A DNA stretch of 64,000 nucleotides from Felis catus (GCF_018350175.1 NC_058368.1:72108001-72172000), one strand, 5' to 3'. Positions 13,489 to 26,239 are shown, numbered from the stretch's first letter. Numbers and translations are program-made. Notes: generated by a model from the letters alone, not told the origin.

Positions 13489-13620
13489 CCAGAACATTCA
13501 CTTTCTAATGTCCCCTCTTTGTAAAGGGAGCTTTCCTACTATTCTTCATTCTTCATCTTATATTCTAATAAACTTTTGCCTGCTAAAAAAGAAAGAAAGA
13601 AAGAAAGAAAGAAAGAAGAC
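13489..13620 (+). mobile_element. Short polyadenylated retrocopy, probably an LTR R-region fragment, with A/(GAAA)n tail
   Basis: AATAAA at 13567-13572, A-rich tail from 13585, TSD-like agaaaaaaagac (13477-13488) / agaaagaagac (ending 13620). The body 'gggagctttcctactattctt...ctaataaacttttgcctgct' resembles an ERV LTR 3' part. Confidence 0.6.
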
Positions 13621-14014
13621 ACATCATGCCAAGAGCAGTGTTTAAATTTAATTAGCAAAATAATTAATTTAGAGAAAGCTTCCTGAATCTTCAGTAGTTT
13701 TGTTTAAAAAAGCAATGTCCCTGAAATAACTTTTAAGCAATAATATTCAGTCATTGACGGTAGTTTTTTGAATCTCATTGTGGTAATAAGATACTTCTTT
13801 TCCGCCTCTAAGACTTAGAAGAATTAGTTCATCTCTCTGAACTTCCACTCATCATAAGAATTATTGAGAGATAATTTTACATTTAAAGATTAAAAATAAC
13901 TCAAAGAAACTTGCTTTATCTCGTCTCCAAAACATGGTGAGAATGCAAATAACACCTTTCATACAACCACTAATCTTGAATCTAATATGTGGCTCTTTTA
14001 TACTTCCTATTTTC

Positions 14015-14241
14015 TTTTTCTTTAAAATTTTTTAATATTTATTTTTGAGAGAGAAAGAGAGAGACAGAGCACGAGTGGGGGGAGGAGGGGCTGAGAGAGA
14101 GGGAGACACAGAATCCAAAGCAGGCTCCAGGCTCCAGGCTTCTCAGCACAGAGCCTGACGGGGGACTTGAACTCATGAGCCTCAAGATCATGACCTGAGC
14201 GGAAGTTGGACGCTTAACTGACTGAGCCACCCAGGTGCCCC
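14015..14241 (-). mobile_element. Can-SINE in NALCN intron 16
   Basis: 15-bp TSD atacttcctattttc (14000-14014, 14242-14256). Confidence 0.96.
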
Positions 14242-15289
14242 ATACTTCCTATTTTCAAGTTAAAAAATTATTTTAATCAGAAATGCAAATATATTTCCAT
14301 TTGAATTTTAAATATTATGGCACCATATCCAGTCTCACATTTTTATACCCCCCCCCCCCACAGGACTGTTTTTAGAACTAGTTACATAAAAATGTCAAAT
14401 TTCATACTATTCTGGTTCTATTTGTGATTTTTGAGCTACAACTGAAATAAAATCCTTTGATTATTAAAAATAAGGGTTTGAACACATCCTTTATGCAAAT
14501 GCTTAACTGAAGGGCAAAGGGGTGGAAGATAAAATTAGTGTAAGTGGGAAATGCCACATTTCTTCTTTTAAAAGAGGAAGACAAGGACCCATTAGAGCCT
14601 AAGGTGAGTGTGCTGGGCAAGCCATGTCACCAGAATTTTCCTTCTAAGGTTGTGTCCATGCTACATTAAGGACAGTTTAAAGATTTGGAGGAACGACATA
14701 CCATTCTCTCCCACAATTGTTATGTTGGTTTATGATGCATAAAGAAACAATGGCAACACACTTTTGAGCAGGTCTTTGTAATGCACTACTTGTTCTCTAA
14801 GATGCATTAAAGAATTTTTAAACTTGACAAAAGCGTGAAAGACAAATTATACTGGAATCAGACATGACGTTCTAAACAAATGCTGTCACAGCAGGACAGA
14901 AACCTGGCTGGTGGCATTTCTCTACTTCCTTGGAAATAAAAGTCTTCAAGAGGCAAGTTTATCCTTATATGGTTGAAAGTCAGGGGTTGGTGTCTACCTG
15001 CAGCTGTGAGCACCCGTGCCTGTTACCTGGGGAGTCGAATCCCTGAGGAGCATCTCGGGAAGAAGCAGGGGGAAACAGCCTAATGCCACCATCAAATGAC
15101 TGCTCCGAATATATCGCTTAAAGGGGTCAATGGCTTTTAAAACAGAGGTAGAGAGAGTAGAAACATAAATAACTTAAAAATAGAAAAAAATACCCTTCTT
15201 TTAAACATGAACTTGAAAGAAGGACTGATGCAGATTCAAGATAACTCTTTGACAGTGTATTTGGCACATACGCTGAAATAAGTATATTA

Positions 15290-15430
<141 letters not shown>

Positions 15431-15520
15431 CTAAAGAAAAAAATAGAAAGAAGACAAGGGGGAACTTGGCTTACTGCAAGTCACGGAGTACTTGAGTTTT
15501 CGAATCAAGGAAACGGTGAG

Positions 15521-15607
15521 TTGGTGCACGACGGACGGTAGATGGCAGCAGAGACCCATCAAGTGTGTTACTGTCTCCCGCCATCTACTGCTCTCTCCGT
15601 GCACAAA
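15521..15607. repeat. Imperfect inverted repeat (~35-bp arms, 17-nt spacer) with a CTCF-like motif in each arm
   Basis: Left arm ttggtgcacgacggacggtagatggcagcagagac; reverse complement of right arm tttgtgcacggagagagcagtagatggcgggagac. Confidence 0.75.
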
Positions 15608-16068
15608 CTTGAAAACAACCCGGAAAACAAACCCAAAACTAAACCAAAGCAAAAAACTAGCCCAGAAAAAAAAAAAAAAAAACAACAATGAGAGGAAACA
15701 CTTATTGTTATTTTATTTCCAAATATTCCCGTTAATACCAAACATTACTTTTTATTGTTTACTTCTTTATTATCACTAGCATATCCAATAACCTAACAAT
15801 AAAATTTATTTTATAAATATGTGTGCTACGGCAGGAAATCAAAAGAATACAAATAAATGAAAATCCTAAGTAGTAATAGTTGTAAAGAGGGAAAATGTCA
15901 AGAAAACGCATCATTTATTCTAGCAGATTAAAAAGAAAAGCTCAAAATGGAAACAACACATTTGGTACCTACAGGAAGTTCTCTGTTTAGTTAGTTGTAA
16001 GGATAGATGCTTGAGAATGATTATATTATATGCCATAAAATATCTTTGCAAGAAATGACAAGCAAATG

Positions 16069-16092
16069 GTATCTATCTATCTATCTATCTAT
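16069..16092. repeat. (TATC)n tetranucleotide repeat
   Basis: tatctatctatctatctatct. Confidence 0.85.
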
Positions 16093-16127
16093 CATCTCTC
16101 TATCTACAAGAGGGCTTTTATATTTCT

Positions 16128-16349
16128 TTTTTTTTTTAATTTTTTCTTAACGTTTATTTATTTTTGAGACAGAGAGACACAGAGCATGAATGGGGGAGGG
16201 GCAGAGAGAGAGGGAGACAGAATCAGAAGCAGGCTCCAGGCTCTGAGCCATCAGCCCAGAGCCCGACGCGGGGCTCGAACTCACGGACCGCGAGATCGTG
16301 ACCCGGGCCGAAGTCGGACGCTTAACTGACTGAGCCACCCAGGTGCCCC
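16128..16349 (-). mobile_element. Young Can-SINE (SINEC_Fc)
   Basis: CpG-rich; 18-bp TSD gagggcttttatatttct (16110-16127, 16352-16369). Confidence 0.97.
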
Positions 16350-16564
16350 ATGAGGGCTTTTATATTTCTACAAATTAGGTCTCAGGGAGACTGAGACTTG
16401 AGGTCACAAACTGGAACCAGTGCTGAGCTAAGGAGCCGTCCTAAGGATGGATTTGGCTAGGGGAACTCTGGCCTGAAAAATGAAGTAATGTGCTTCCTCC
16501 CCTTCTCAGAACGCACTGTCTTCCCAATCCAAGGCTGACTTCTCTTGCCAACCTCCCTTACTTC

Positions 16565-16772
16565 TTTTTTTTTAATGTTTTATTTATTTTTGAGAGCAAG
16601 AGAGACAGAGCATGAGTGGGGGAGGGGCAGAGAGAGAGACCCAGAACGCAAAGCAGGCTCCAGGCTCCGAGCTGTCAACACAGAGCCCCACATGGGGTTT
16701 GAACTCAGGAACCGTGAGATCATGACCTGAGCCGAGTCAGACGCTTAACCGACTGAGCCACCCAGGTGCCCC
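16565..16772 (-). mobile_element. Can-SINE
   Basis: TSD cccttacttcttttt. Confidence 0.95.
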
Positions 16773-17739
16773 CCCTTACTTCTTTTTACTACTGCCTCCT
16801 CTCAGACCTCTCTGTAGACTGGGATGAACCTCTCTATGTCCACCGACTTGTCCCCCTCTCCAGCCTGCATCTCGGAACGCCGATCCTGTTCAAAGAGTCC
16901 ATCAAATTCGGGCAGCTTCTCTGCTGGGCTTAGGGAAGCATGTTTCAAAAGCTATCAGCTTCTTCTCCCTTGCTGGGTGTGCTTTTACTTTATAATTACA
17001 ACCTGTCTCCAGTCTGTGGAAAGATTAGCATGGGAGGCTGAGAACAGTTTTGTAAGTCAGAGAGGTGCCAACTCTTCCCTCCTCCCTGAGTGAGGGTATC
17101 CACACTGGCCAGAGAGAACATGGGTGCTGCATTTGGGGGAACATACAATTTCAATACAATACACGGTTGTCCAATCGGTTGTGAGCTCATCATGAGGTTA
17201 TATGTCTTATTTCTAGTTCAGAAAACGTGCCTCATTTCTCATAAACTTCAGAAACTGTTCCTACATTTTTGTTGTATATAATATAAATATTTTGCCATAG
17301 CCATCTGTACATCTTAGTTAATTCTGGGGCCTGTCTGTGGTTTTTCTGACTGAGGTGGTGACCTCATTTAGAAAAGGGGCCACTGTTCATGGCCTTCCTC
17401 CCCTTCTACATGGAATGCAACACAGCATGCTCTCAACCATTTGATGGTTATGATGGTGACAGTGATGAAGAATTAGCTCTCAAAGGTGCAAAGCAAACAC
17501 GGCTAGCATTTCCATGAGATGCAGGGAATTAGAAAAATGGCCCCACATGTAAACACAGAAATTCACAAGGAAGAGAGTCATTTTCCAAAAATTTATTGGG
17601 ACAACTGGTATAAAAATATTTGTCAGTGGTAAGTAGAGCACACAGAAAAAGAAAAGGCAGTTAATATGTTAAGTCAGACCAGAGAGAAAGGCAATTATGT
17701 AGGGCCAAAGACAGGCCAAGAAGACAGAGCAGAAACAAG

Positions 17740-17990
17740 GTATTTAATGCATGTATTTGCTGACTCACTTATTTATATATCAATGCAGTCACTTATAAAT
17801 CAAATCCCAGAGGCCAGGTTCCATGCAAAGTTCTAGGGATATAAAAATAACCAAGACACTGTATTTGCTCTCACGGAGCCCACATTATAACCGATAGATG
17901 GTTATATAAACAGATAATGACAAATATAATAGCTCTTCTAGCTGAGATCTAAACAAGGTGCCAAGAGCTCAAGGTGAGGAGCAAAGGGAG
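17740..17990 (-). mobile_element. L2 fragment
   Basis: 'ggccaggttccatgcaaagttctagggatataaaaataaccaagacactgtatttgctctcacggagc'. Confidence 0.55.
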
Positions 17991-18034
17991 AAGCTTTAAA
18001 AAATGACGGTGCTACTTTTATTTCCAGAAACTTC

Positions 18035-18402
18035 TCCTAGTATTCTGGAGGCTGGGAGACCTAAATCAAGGTATCAGCAGCGTCATGCTCTCTCTGAAAG
18101 CTCTAGGGAAGACTCCTTTCCTTGACTCAGCTTCTCAGCAATCCTGGTGTTCCTTGATCTGTAGCTACATCGCTCTGTTATCTTCCTGTGAAATCATAAG
18201 GCTTCTTCCCCGTGTGTTTCTGTGTCTATCTGATTCTCCTTCTCTTTTCTTACAAAGACACCAGTCATTTAAATCAAGGCCCACCCTAACGCAGTATGAT
18301 CTTAATTGATCATGTCTGTAAAAATCTAAGTTCCAAACAGGTCCCATTCTGAGGCTCCAGGTGGACATGAATTTTGGAGGGACACTATTAAACCCACTAC
18401 AT
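18035..18402 (-). mobile_element. MaLR LTR (MLT1B/C-like)
   Basis: 'ttctggaggctgggagacctaaatcaagg...acatgaattttggagggacactattaaacccactaca'. Confidence 0.8.
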
Positions 18403-18847
18403 ACAGTAGTTGAAATTCTCAACCACTGTTTCTCTTTCCGCTGAGCCTGTAAATTCTAGGATGACAAGGGTCCTCAGAGGACAAGGATATTTGCAGGGGT
18501 TGGGTGTGTTTCCTTATTTCATGTTCCGGGGCTGCCACAATATTGACACAAAGTAACCGACACAAATATATGTTGAATGAATAATTATACAATCACTAGC
18601 AGAACTAAACTCTAGCAGATAACTTGGAAATAAAAGAAAGGATTGTAGGTATATCCTGAAGGGTGGAGAGATAAGCAGAAAGTATCAATTTACTGATTGA
18701 AAAATTTGTTGGTGTAGAGTCTAAGTATCCCTAGATTCACAGAATAGAATAAAATTAGACTCTGTGGCATTCAACCTGAACTTACATCTACCATCGATGA
18801 GCCCATAGATGTTTAGAGTAAGTTTAGATGTAAAATTAAAGAAAAAG

Positions 18848-19055
18848 TTTTAACATTTATTCGTTTTTGCGAGACAGAGAGAGACAGAGCACAAGTAGGG
18901 GAGGGGCAGAGAGAGAAGGGACACGGAATCTGAAGCAGGCTCCAGGCTCTGAGCTGTCAGCACAGAGCCCAACTCGGGGCCAAAATTCATGGACCATGAC
19001 ATCATGACCTGAACCAAAGTCAGATGCCTAACCAACTGAGCCAACCAGGTGCCCC
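18848..19055 (-). mobile_element. Can-SINE
   Basis: Typical antisense body and head. Confidence 0.93.
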
Positions 19056-19245
19056 TAGACAAAAAATTGTATAATATTTAATTAAGTACCCTAGCCTATG
19101 ATGTTTGGCAAATGTAGGGTACCAGTATTGAAAAATAGTCACCTTGCCTGCATGTTTTTAAAATGGAACACATCTCATTCTACTTAGTGTTAAAGTTATT
19201 TATACTTCCCCAAACTTGTAAACTCCTCAGGGGCAAGATTCTGTG

Positions 19246-19310
19246 TTTTTTTACTTAAAAAAATTTTTTTTAGAGAGTGAGAGATTGTGAGAGGGGAAGA
19301 GGGGAAGGGG

Positions 19311-19362
<52 letters not shown>

Positions 19363-19490
19363 GAGAATATCAAGCAGAATCTATGCTCATCATGGAGACC
19401 AGCTCGGGGCTCCATCCCACGACACGGGGATCATGGCCTGAGCCCAAATCCAGAGTCAGACACTCAACCAGCTGAGCCAACTAGGCACCC
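19246..19490 (-). mobile_element. Can-SINE (more diverged) with long (GA)n
   Basis: Flanked by agattctgt repeats; head 'gctgagccaactaggcacccc'. Confidence 0.88.
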
Positions 19491-19508
19491 CAGATTCTGT
19501 TAAAAATA

Positions 19509-19531
19509 TTTTTAATGTTTATTTTCTTTTT

Positions 19532-19574
<43 letters not shown>

Positions 19575-19738
19575 TGAGTGGGGGAGAGGTAGGGAGAGAG
19601 GGGAGACACAGAATTTGAAGAAGGCTCCAGGCTTAGCTGTCAGCACAGATCCCGATGTGGGGCTCAAACCCACAAACTGTAAGATCATGACCTGAGCCGA
19701 AGTTGGACGCTCACCCGACTGAGCCACCCAGGCACCTC
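19509..19738 (-). mobile_element. Can-SINE, directly adjacent to the previous one; both interrupt an L2 tail
   Basis: Typical body. L2-like flanks 'ttgtaaactcctcaggggcaag' and 'tgtttgtgaataaatgaat'. Confidence 0.92.
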
Positions 19739-20179
19739 ATGTTTTTAATTTACTTCTATAGCACCTTGTAGAGAGTAGAAAAATAATAACTGTTTGTGAA
19801 TAAATGAATTAGAATTTAGCATGAATTGATCGTGGAACCGTAAATCTACAAATGAGAAGCTCTTTCTGATGATTCAGAAGTTTCTTCAGGATCCTACCAA
19901 TCCTCTCAAATGTCAGGCATCATGGCTCCACAGAAGGGCCAGTTAAGCCAGAGAAGGGTGGGTGGTTGCATGGGGGGGGGCAGACATATCAGATCTCACC
20001 GCAGAGGCGCTGGACAGAATCTTCTACAAGCGGGGGAGGGGCCTCTTTCTGGACAGCACCTGCCACATGCTCTGTCTGCTGTTCACAGTTAAACAGCATC
20101 AACTACAGGTGAATATACACACATCCAGCAGCTCGGCACCTACCAGAAACATGTCCACATGCACACCACAGCCACGCTC

Positions 20180-20550
20180 ACAAGCCTGCAGCCACGCTAA
20201 ACCATAAACTCCTCAAATGCCCATCAGCAGTTGAATGGAGAAGTAAATTGTGGTTTATTTATGCATTTGAGTCAATGAACTACTTCCAAGCACAAGGATT
20301 TGGGTGAATTTTACAAACTAACGTTGAATGAAGGAATCCGACCAATGAAACAAGTACATCCTGAATGATCCCATTTATATAAAGTTAAAGAGCAGGTGAC
20401 GCTACTCTATCTGGCTGAGCGTCTGCAAGAGTAGTTACCCTGGGGTGGGGTGAAGCATCATGACTAAGAGGACATGTGGGGAGGGGCTTCTAAGGACAGC
20501 TGATCTTGGTCTGGGTGCTGGGTGTGCTCGGTTTGGAAAAGTTCAGCAAA
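20180..20550 (+). mobile_element. Old L1ME/L1MC 3' end fragment
   Basis: 'ctcaaatgcccatcagcagttgaatgga...gatcccatttatataaagtt...cttggtctgggtgctgg'. Confidence 0.65.
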
Positions 20551-20960
20551 ATCATCTAATCCTTACTCCACTGCTATTAATCTCCAAAACCTGGACCATT
20601 TCTCCTTCCCCAGTCAGTGATGTTGGTCAAGATACAAAAAGAGGAAGAAATACGAGAGGACGATGGGATCGGCTTGCCTACCGAGAGGTGCAGGGTGGGA
20701 TGAAGGTGAAGCAGCCAGAGCAAAGAGAAATACTGCATGGTACTTGGAAACCACAGTCAAGTTTCCTGACACACAATAAACCCTATTCTACCTTTTATCC
20801 AAATTCTTCCCCCTTCTTGCATTTAAGGACAGATTTCCCCAAGGTTAAACTTACTTTGATGCAAATGGGTGAGTAATATGGATTACATTGAAAATACGGG
20901 ATGATAATAGAAGATCCTTATACTATACCACAAAAGCAGACCTTCTAACATACAGTAATT

Positions 20961-21235
20961 TTTTTCAGGATTAATTTTTTTTATATATATATGAAATTTA
21001 TTGTCAAATTGGTTTCCATACAACACCCAGTGCTCATCCCAAAAGGTGCCCTCCTCAATACCCATCACCTGCCCTCTCCTCCCTCCCACCCCCCATCAAC
21101 CCTCAGTTTGTTCTCAGTTTTTAACAGTCTCTTAGGCTTTGGCTGTCTCCCACTCTAACCTCTTTTTTTTTTTCCTTCCCCTCCCCCATGGGTTCCTGTT
21201 AAGTTTCTCAGGATCCACATAAGAGTGAAACCATA
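20961..21235 (-). mobile_element. Young L1_Fc 3' end, 5'-truncated
   Basis: Perfect 15-bp TSD taacatacagtaatt (20946-20960, 21236-21250); felid L1 3' UTR. Confidence 0.93.
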
Positions 21236-21369
21236 TAACATACAGTAATTATAATTGTAAATGTTTGCTTGGAAATAATTTCAAAGATTATAACTCTTGG
21301 ATGGAAGGAAGAGAATGCAGAATGCAGAGAACACAAGATTTCAGTCTTTATGTTGGAAAATCTAATGTA

Positions 21370-21595
21370 GGGGCATCTGGGTGGCTCAGTGGGTTAAGTG
21401 TTCGACTTTGGATCAGGTCATGTTCTCGTGGTTCGTGAGTTCGAGCCCCGCGTCAGGCTCTGTGCTGACCGCATGGAGCCTGGAGTCCGCTTCAGATTCT
21501 GTGTCTCCTTCACTCTCTGCCCCACCCCCACTTGCACTCTGTCTCTCTCTCTCTCTCAAAAAGAAATAAACATTAAAAAAAAATTAAAGAAAAGA
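21370..21595 (+). mobile_element. Can-SINE
   Basis: Head ggggcatctgggtggctcag, (CT)n, A tail. Confidence 0.95.
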
Positions 21596-24500
21596 AAAAT
21601 CTGATATAAAGAACAGTAACAAAGGAAAGAATTCATAATGGCTTCGACTGAGCATGACGTGTGGCTGTAACAAATAGATCAGATGATAGATTTGTAACAG
21701 ACTCACATGGTTTTAAAAAAACACATTTGCAAAGAAGAAATTAGAATAAAAGAGAAAGATTCAAACCTTGAGCTTTAAAGTATATAAATCATCGAAGCTC
21801 AGGGCTATTCTATGGCTCAGCATCTGTCTTGTGGAGATATCATTACACGTCGGGCGGCTGAAAGCCTTTTGCTTTCTGTGTGCTTCTCAAGAGACTTGGG
21901 TGTAATCGCTCTGCATGACACATACCCTGTTCTGCCTCATCGCTTACATCTTCTGTATTCCAGCCTGTGCTTTCTTCTGTTAAAATATTCAAACATTATT
22001 CAGTTTCGGTTCCTTTCTAAATGCTGCGACAAATAACTGAATTGAAGGATTGTGTTAAATAAAAATTTTTGTAATTTTTGGTGTGATTTTTCTAAAAGAA
22101 AACAACTTAAAAAGTATTCAGACTTGGGAACGATTCTCATTTTAAAATCTAGTTCATGCTAGTTTGAAAAATGCGCACAGACCTGTAGGTCAGTGTAGCT
22201 GAGGAGTATTTTTCTGGCAGTTCAGTATGTGAAAAACGGCCACATTATGCTCAATCTGGAGAAGGAAGTTTGTCTACGTTATCTGAGTAAATTAAGGCCG
22301 AGTTCTCTTTTCTTCTTTAGACAATGGGTTTGGCCGGTTTTCCTAGATCTATACATGACGCAGTAATTCAGAAGTGAGACTCTTCCTAAAGCATAAACTG
22401 TTATTTTTCAAGCAAGTTTCTCTTGCTATTTTGCATCTGTGATTTTTACAACCCAAACTGCACGGCTTCTGGGTTAAAACAGATGGGATATCTGGAGTAA
22501 TGATCAAACATGTTGGTCTCTGTTAATATCTCCGTGTCCCAGTGTTACTATAAAACCTTGATATAAAATATAAAGAATATCCTTCACTAGGCTGTTGAGT
22601 CCAATAAGGAGTTTCTTAGAAGGGAGAATATTTTCTTTCTTTCTTTCTTTTTTTTTTTTTTTGCTCTGGGCAATGGGCTTTCAGCCACATGATTGAATAT
22701 AAGACAGCACTACCGTATGCTTTTAAAAATGCTTCCCTTAAAAAGTGTTTAAGTCACCTATTCTCCTCCATTTTACAAAAAATCTGGAATACATCCAGAA
22801 CTTCCAAGGTCAAATTGGGGTTTTATTGATACAAACTGGAGGGCTCTATTTCTTGGCTTCTGGGCCATAAATGAGACATTTTAATATGACAGCTGGCACC
22901 TCCAAATGTTCAAAGTAGTTTTAAAACATCAGTTGATTCATGGCACTTGGTGTTTCCTTTCCTACATCTCTCAACAGACTCAGAGGGGTTCCTCATTCCT
23001 CCTTACAGCATGGCCCTGAAGAAAATGGGGAGCCGAGGTGTGTTCTCGGAGGAGCTGGTGCACTGGGGAGTTAAGTGGCTTCTGCACTTCCTGGTTTGGG
23101 AGGTCCAGCAGAGCACTTAGGAAGCACTCTGACATTTATATCGTCTTGTGCCATCCCTTGGATGTACACAGCACTGAACCTAAGATCATACCGGCTTTAA
23201 GTGTCCTTCAGAAGGTGACTTTGTGAAGCAGTGTGAAAAACAGTTGCAACAAGGCGAGGCTAGCAGAAAATGCTAACAAGTTAGTAAGATGAAAATAAAA
23301 AAAAAACTATTCAAAACTAGAATGCCGAATTATGTCGAATGGGTAAGTTTTCCTCATATGATTGTCCCCTGAAATCCCATGAATGGAATTAATGATTTCT
23401 TTGAGACAGAGGTAATGAACAGTTTGCTTTCGCATGTTTTTTCTTCTAGGTCCCAAACACCTCTATTTTACATTCTATTTCTCTTGTGTTATTCAAGCGA
23501 GACGCAGTTGTTTCCATTAGGAAACTTACTGAGTCATAGAAACATGTTCATTATGATAAAAAATGCGTTTTTTTGCTCCACTTCAGATGAAATTATATTA
23601 GAATTCTATGTAAACTAGATACTTGATTCTTGTTAAGAGATGAATATTCAGTAAGTAATAGGATAAAGCCCACACCAAAGGGAATTCAGAATATATATAT
23701 ATATATATATATCCACACGTATATATATTACACTCACATAATTGTCCTCCCTGGTTTGATTTAGAAAACACAGGAGAAAACAGTCTAAGTAAAAACAGTA
23801 AAAAAAAAAAAAAAGTAAGAAGATGTGGATTTAAAATTTTGTTCAGTTTTATAATCCCTTAAGCACTTTGGATTTCAATGTTCTCAAATGAAAAATGAGG
23901 ATCTTCCCTCCTTTATATAAATGCCAGATATATAAGTGAGATAGCATATTGTCTGTAATTTGAATTACTCAAGGGAAATGTGCTATAAAAACCAAAGCTA
24001 TCACTGTGCCACAGTAACTGCTAGTTCTGCCTGAAAATGCTCTCATCTCAGCGAGTGGGGATAAATTCTGAGGACGCTCACATGCTGTGCTGTCCAAACC
24101 CTCCCCTCCATCCACGCTCCAACTTTTGCCCCTTTGATTGACTGATTTTCTCAAGACCCTTGATTTTAAAAATGAAAATGAAAAGAGTGGTGAACATGTC
24201 TCCTGATACGATTCCTTTCCCTTTTCAAACTCCCTTCTCCGAAGTGTCGTCTACACTCGCTATATATACGGCTTACCTGCACTAACTTCCTCGCATCTTC
24301 CACCCTCGCTGTCTCAGGTCTCTCCCCAGCACCTCAGGGCTGCTCTTAGCAGCCACCAACATTTCCCATGCTGCTGAAGCCAGCAGCCGCTCAGGCATCC
24401 TGGTTTTATCTCACTGCCTCTACTAACCCACCTGCCCCCCAACTGGGTTTCCATCTTCGTCTTGCCCCTTGAAGCCCATTTTTCTTTACAGAACACCTGA

Positions 24501-24814
24501 AAAAGAAACACCATCGTGTTCCTGGTCTTTAAAGTAATTCAAGGATGTTCATTTGTATATAGAAGAAATTAGAATCTTCTAAGACGGCATAAACGACTCT
24601 TCGGTGCCTTGCACCTTATATTCCAATGATAGTGGTTTGCGGGTCCTTCCCACAGTCTTACTTCATGTATTTGTGCCTCTGAACATACTCCCTACTGCCG
24701 CCCCCCCCCCCCCATCGCTTGCAACACACTTTCCTTCTACACTCATTAACTCCCTCAAAAATCATCTCCTCTAGGAAGATTTCTTAGAATAACAATAATT
24801 GGTAAGTTGAAGTA

Positions 24815-25020
24815 GTAAACATGAGTGCTAGACTCTATGCTGAACACTTGGCATTGCTAATATTACTTAATCCGGTTTAGCCCATGAGGTAGCTCCATGC
24901 TCTAGCATGTTACAGATGAGGAAACTGAGGTCACAAGAGCTTAAGTGAGCTGCCAAAGGTCACACGGCTGGAAGTCATAGTACTGGCATGTGGAATCTTT
25001 CTCATTCCACAGCTTGAGCT
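24815..25020 (-). mobile_element. MIR, interrupted at its end by a Can-SINE
   Basis: MIR core 'ttacagatgaggaaactgagg...ccaaaggtcacacggct'. Confidence 0.85.
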
Positions 25021-25036
25021 CCTAAACACTGTTTTA

Positions 25037-25258
25037 TTTATTTATTTATTTTTTCAACATTTATTTATTTTTGGGACAGAGAGAGACAGAGCATGAACGG
25101 GGGAGGGGCAGAGAGAGAGGGAGACACAGAATCGGAAACAGGCTCCAGGCTCTGAGCCATCAGCCCAGAGCCTGACGCGGGGCTCGAACTCACGGACCGC
25201 GAGATCGTGACCTGGCTGAAGTCGGACGCTTAACCGACTGCGCCACCCAGGCGCCCCC
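25037..25258 (-). mobile_element. Young Can-SINE (SINEC_Fc)
   Basis: Near consensus with CpGs intact; 16-bp TSD cctaaacactgtttta. Confidence 0.97.
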
Positions 25259-26239
25259 CCTAAACACTGTTTTATATTGCCTCATCGAAACAACATTTTC
25301 AAGCAGTAGATGGGTTTTTACTTCTGCAATTTTGTACCTGCTATTTCTTTAACATGGAACGTCTTCTCCTATTTTGCTAACAACATTCCGGGTCATCGTT
25401 TCTAGATACATCTTCCCCACCTGCCTGCAATCTGAGTTAGATATATGTTCTCCTATGTTCCTTCTTCAACCTTAGTGCTCAGGTCTTTATGTCGTAACTT
25501 CCTAATTATGTGTATCTTCCCCCCACTAAGATGACACATTTTAAATTAAGTGTGGGACTCTTAGTGCCCCATGGCCTCATACATTTACATTCACAGGACA
25601 AAGATAACACAATGATGATGAGATGGAGAATAAAACAGGCAGACTCAATGTGGTCTCATAAACAGGTGAAGTGACCCCTTTGTGGTATTTCTCAGCATTT
25701 TGTTATCCTTTTCTTAGGTTCTTTACAATGTGGAAGCAGCTATATGAACCAGCACAAACAAGTCTCCCAGTTTCAGAATGAGTTATTTTACTGATTAAAG
25801 ATGAAGAGAAATGACAAGTCTCATCAGATTTTCTATTAGAAACAAAATCATAAAAAGCATTTGGCTCCTGATGACATGTGTGCTCTCAACTTCTTAAGAT
25901 CAGAAAAGCATAAATGAACTATAAATTCTATACAACGTATTCATGGTATAAAGCTTCGCAGATGTACGTGTCTTTGAACAAGGCCACATAGCAGCCAATT
26001 TATATGTTGTGTTATTGGACTTTACCATAGGAAATTCTTATCCCATTTTTAAAAAAACAACACTTTATTTTGAAATCATTTTAAACTTACATAAGAATTG
26101 CAAAGATAGTACAGAGAGTTCCTGTATGCCCTTGACCCAGCTTTTTCTTACGTTAGCATCTTACATAACCATAGAACATCTATCAAAACTAAGAAATTAA
26201 CCTTGGTCGAAATACTTTTAACTAAAGCACAGACACTGT

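Noticed and set aside
14039..14230. Family of similar short ORFs (MAQSVKRPTSAQVMIS..., FIYFERER...) recurring through the window and resembling a repeated gene or array
   Set aside because: All are translations of Can-SINE copies. They are dispersed, flanked by TSDs, and are neither genes nor a CRISPR-like array.
20051..20060. GGACAGCACC RE1 half-site
   Set aside because: Only the right half of the REST motif is present; the left half is absent.
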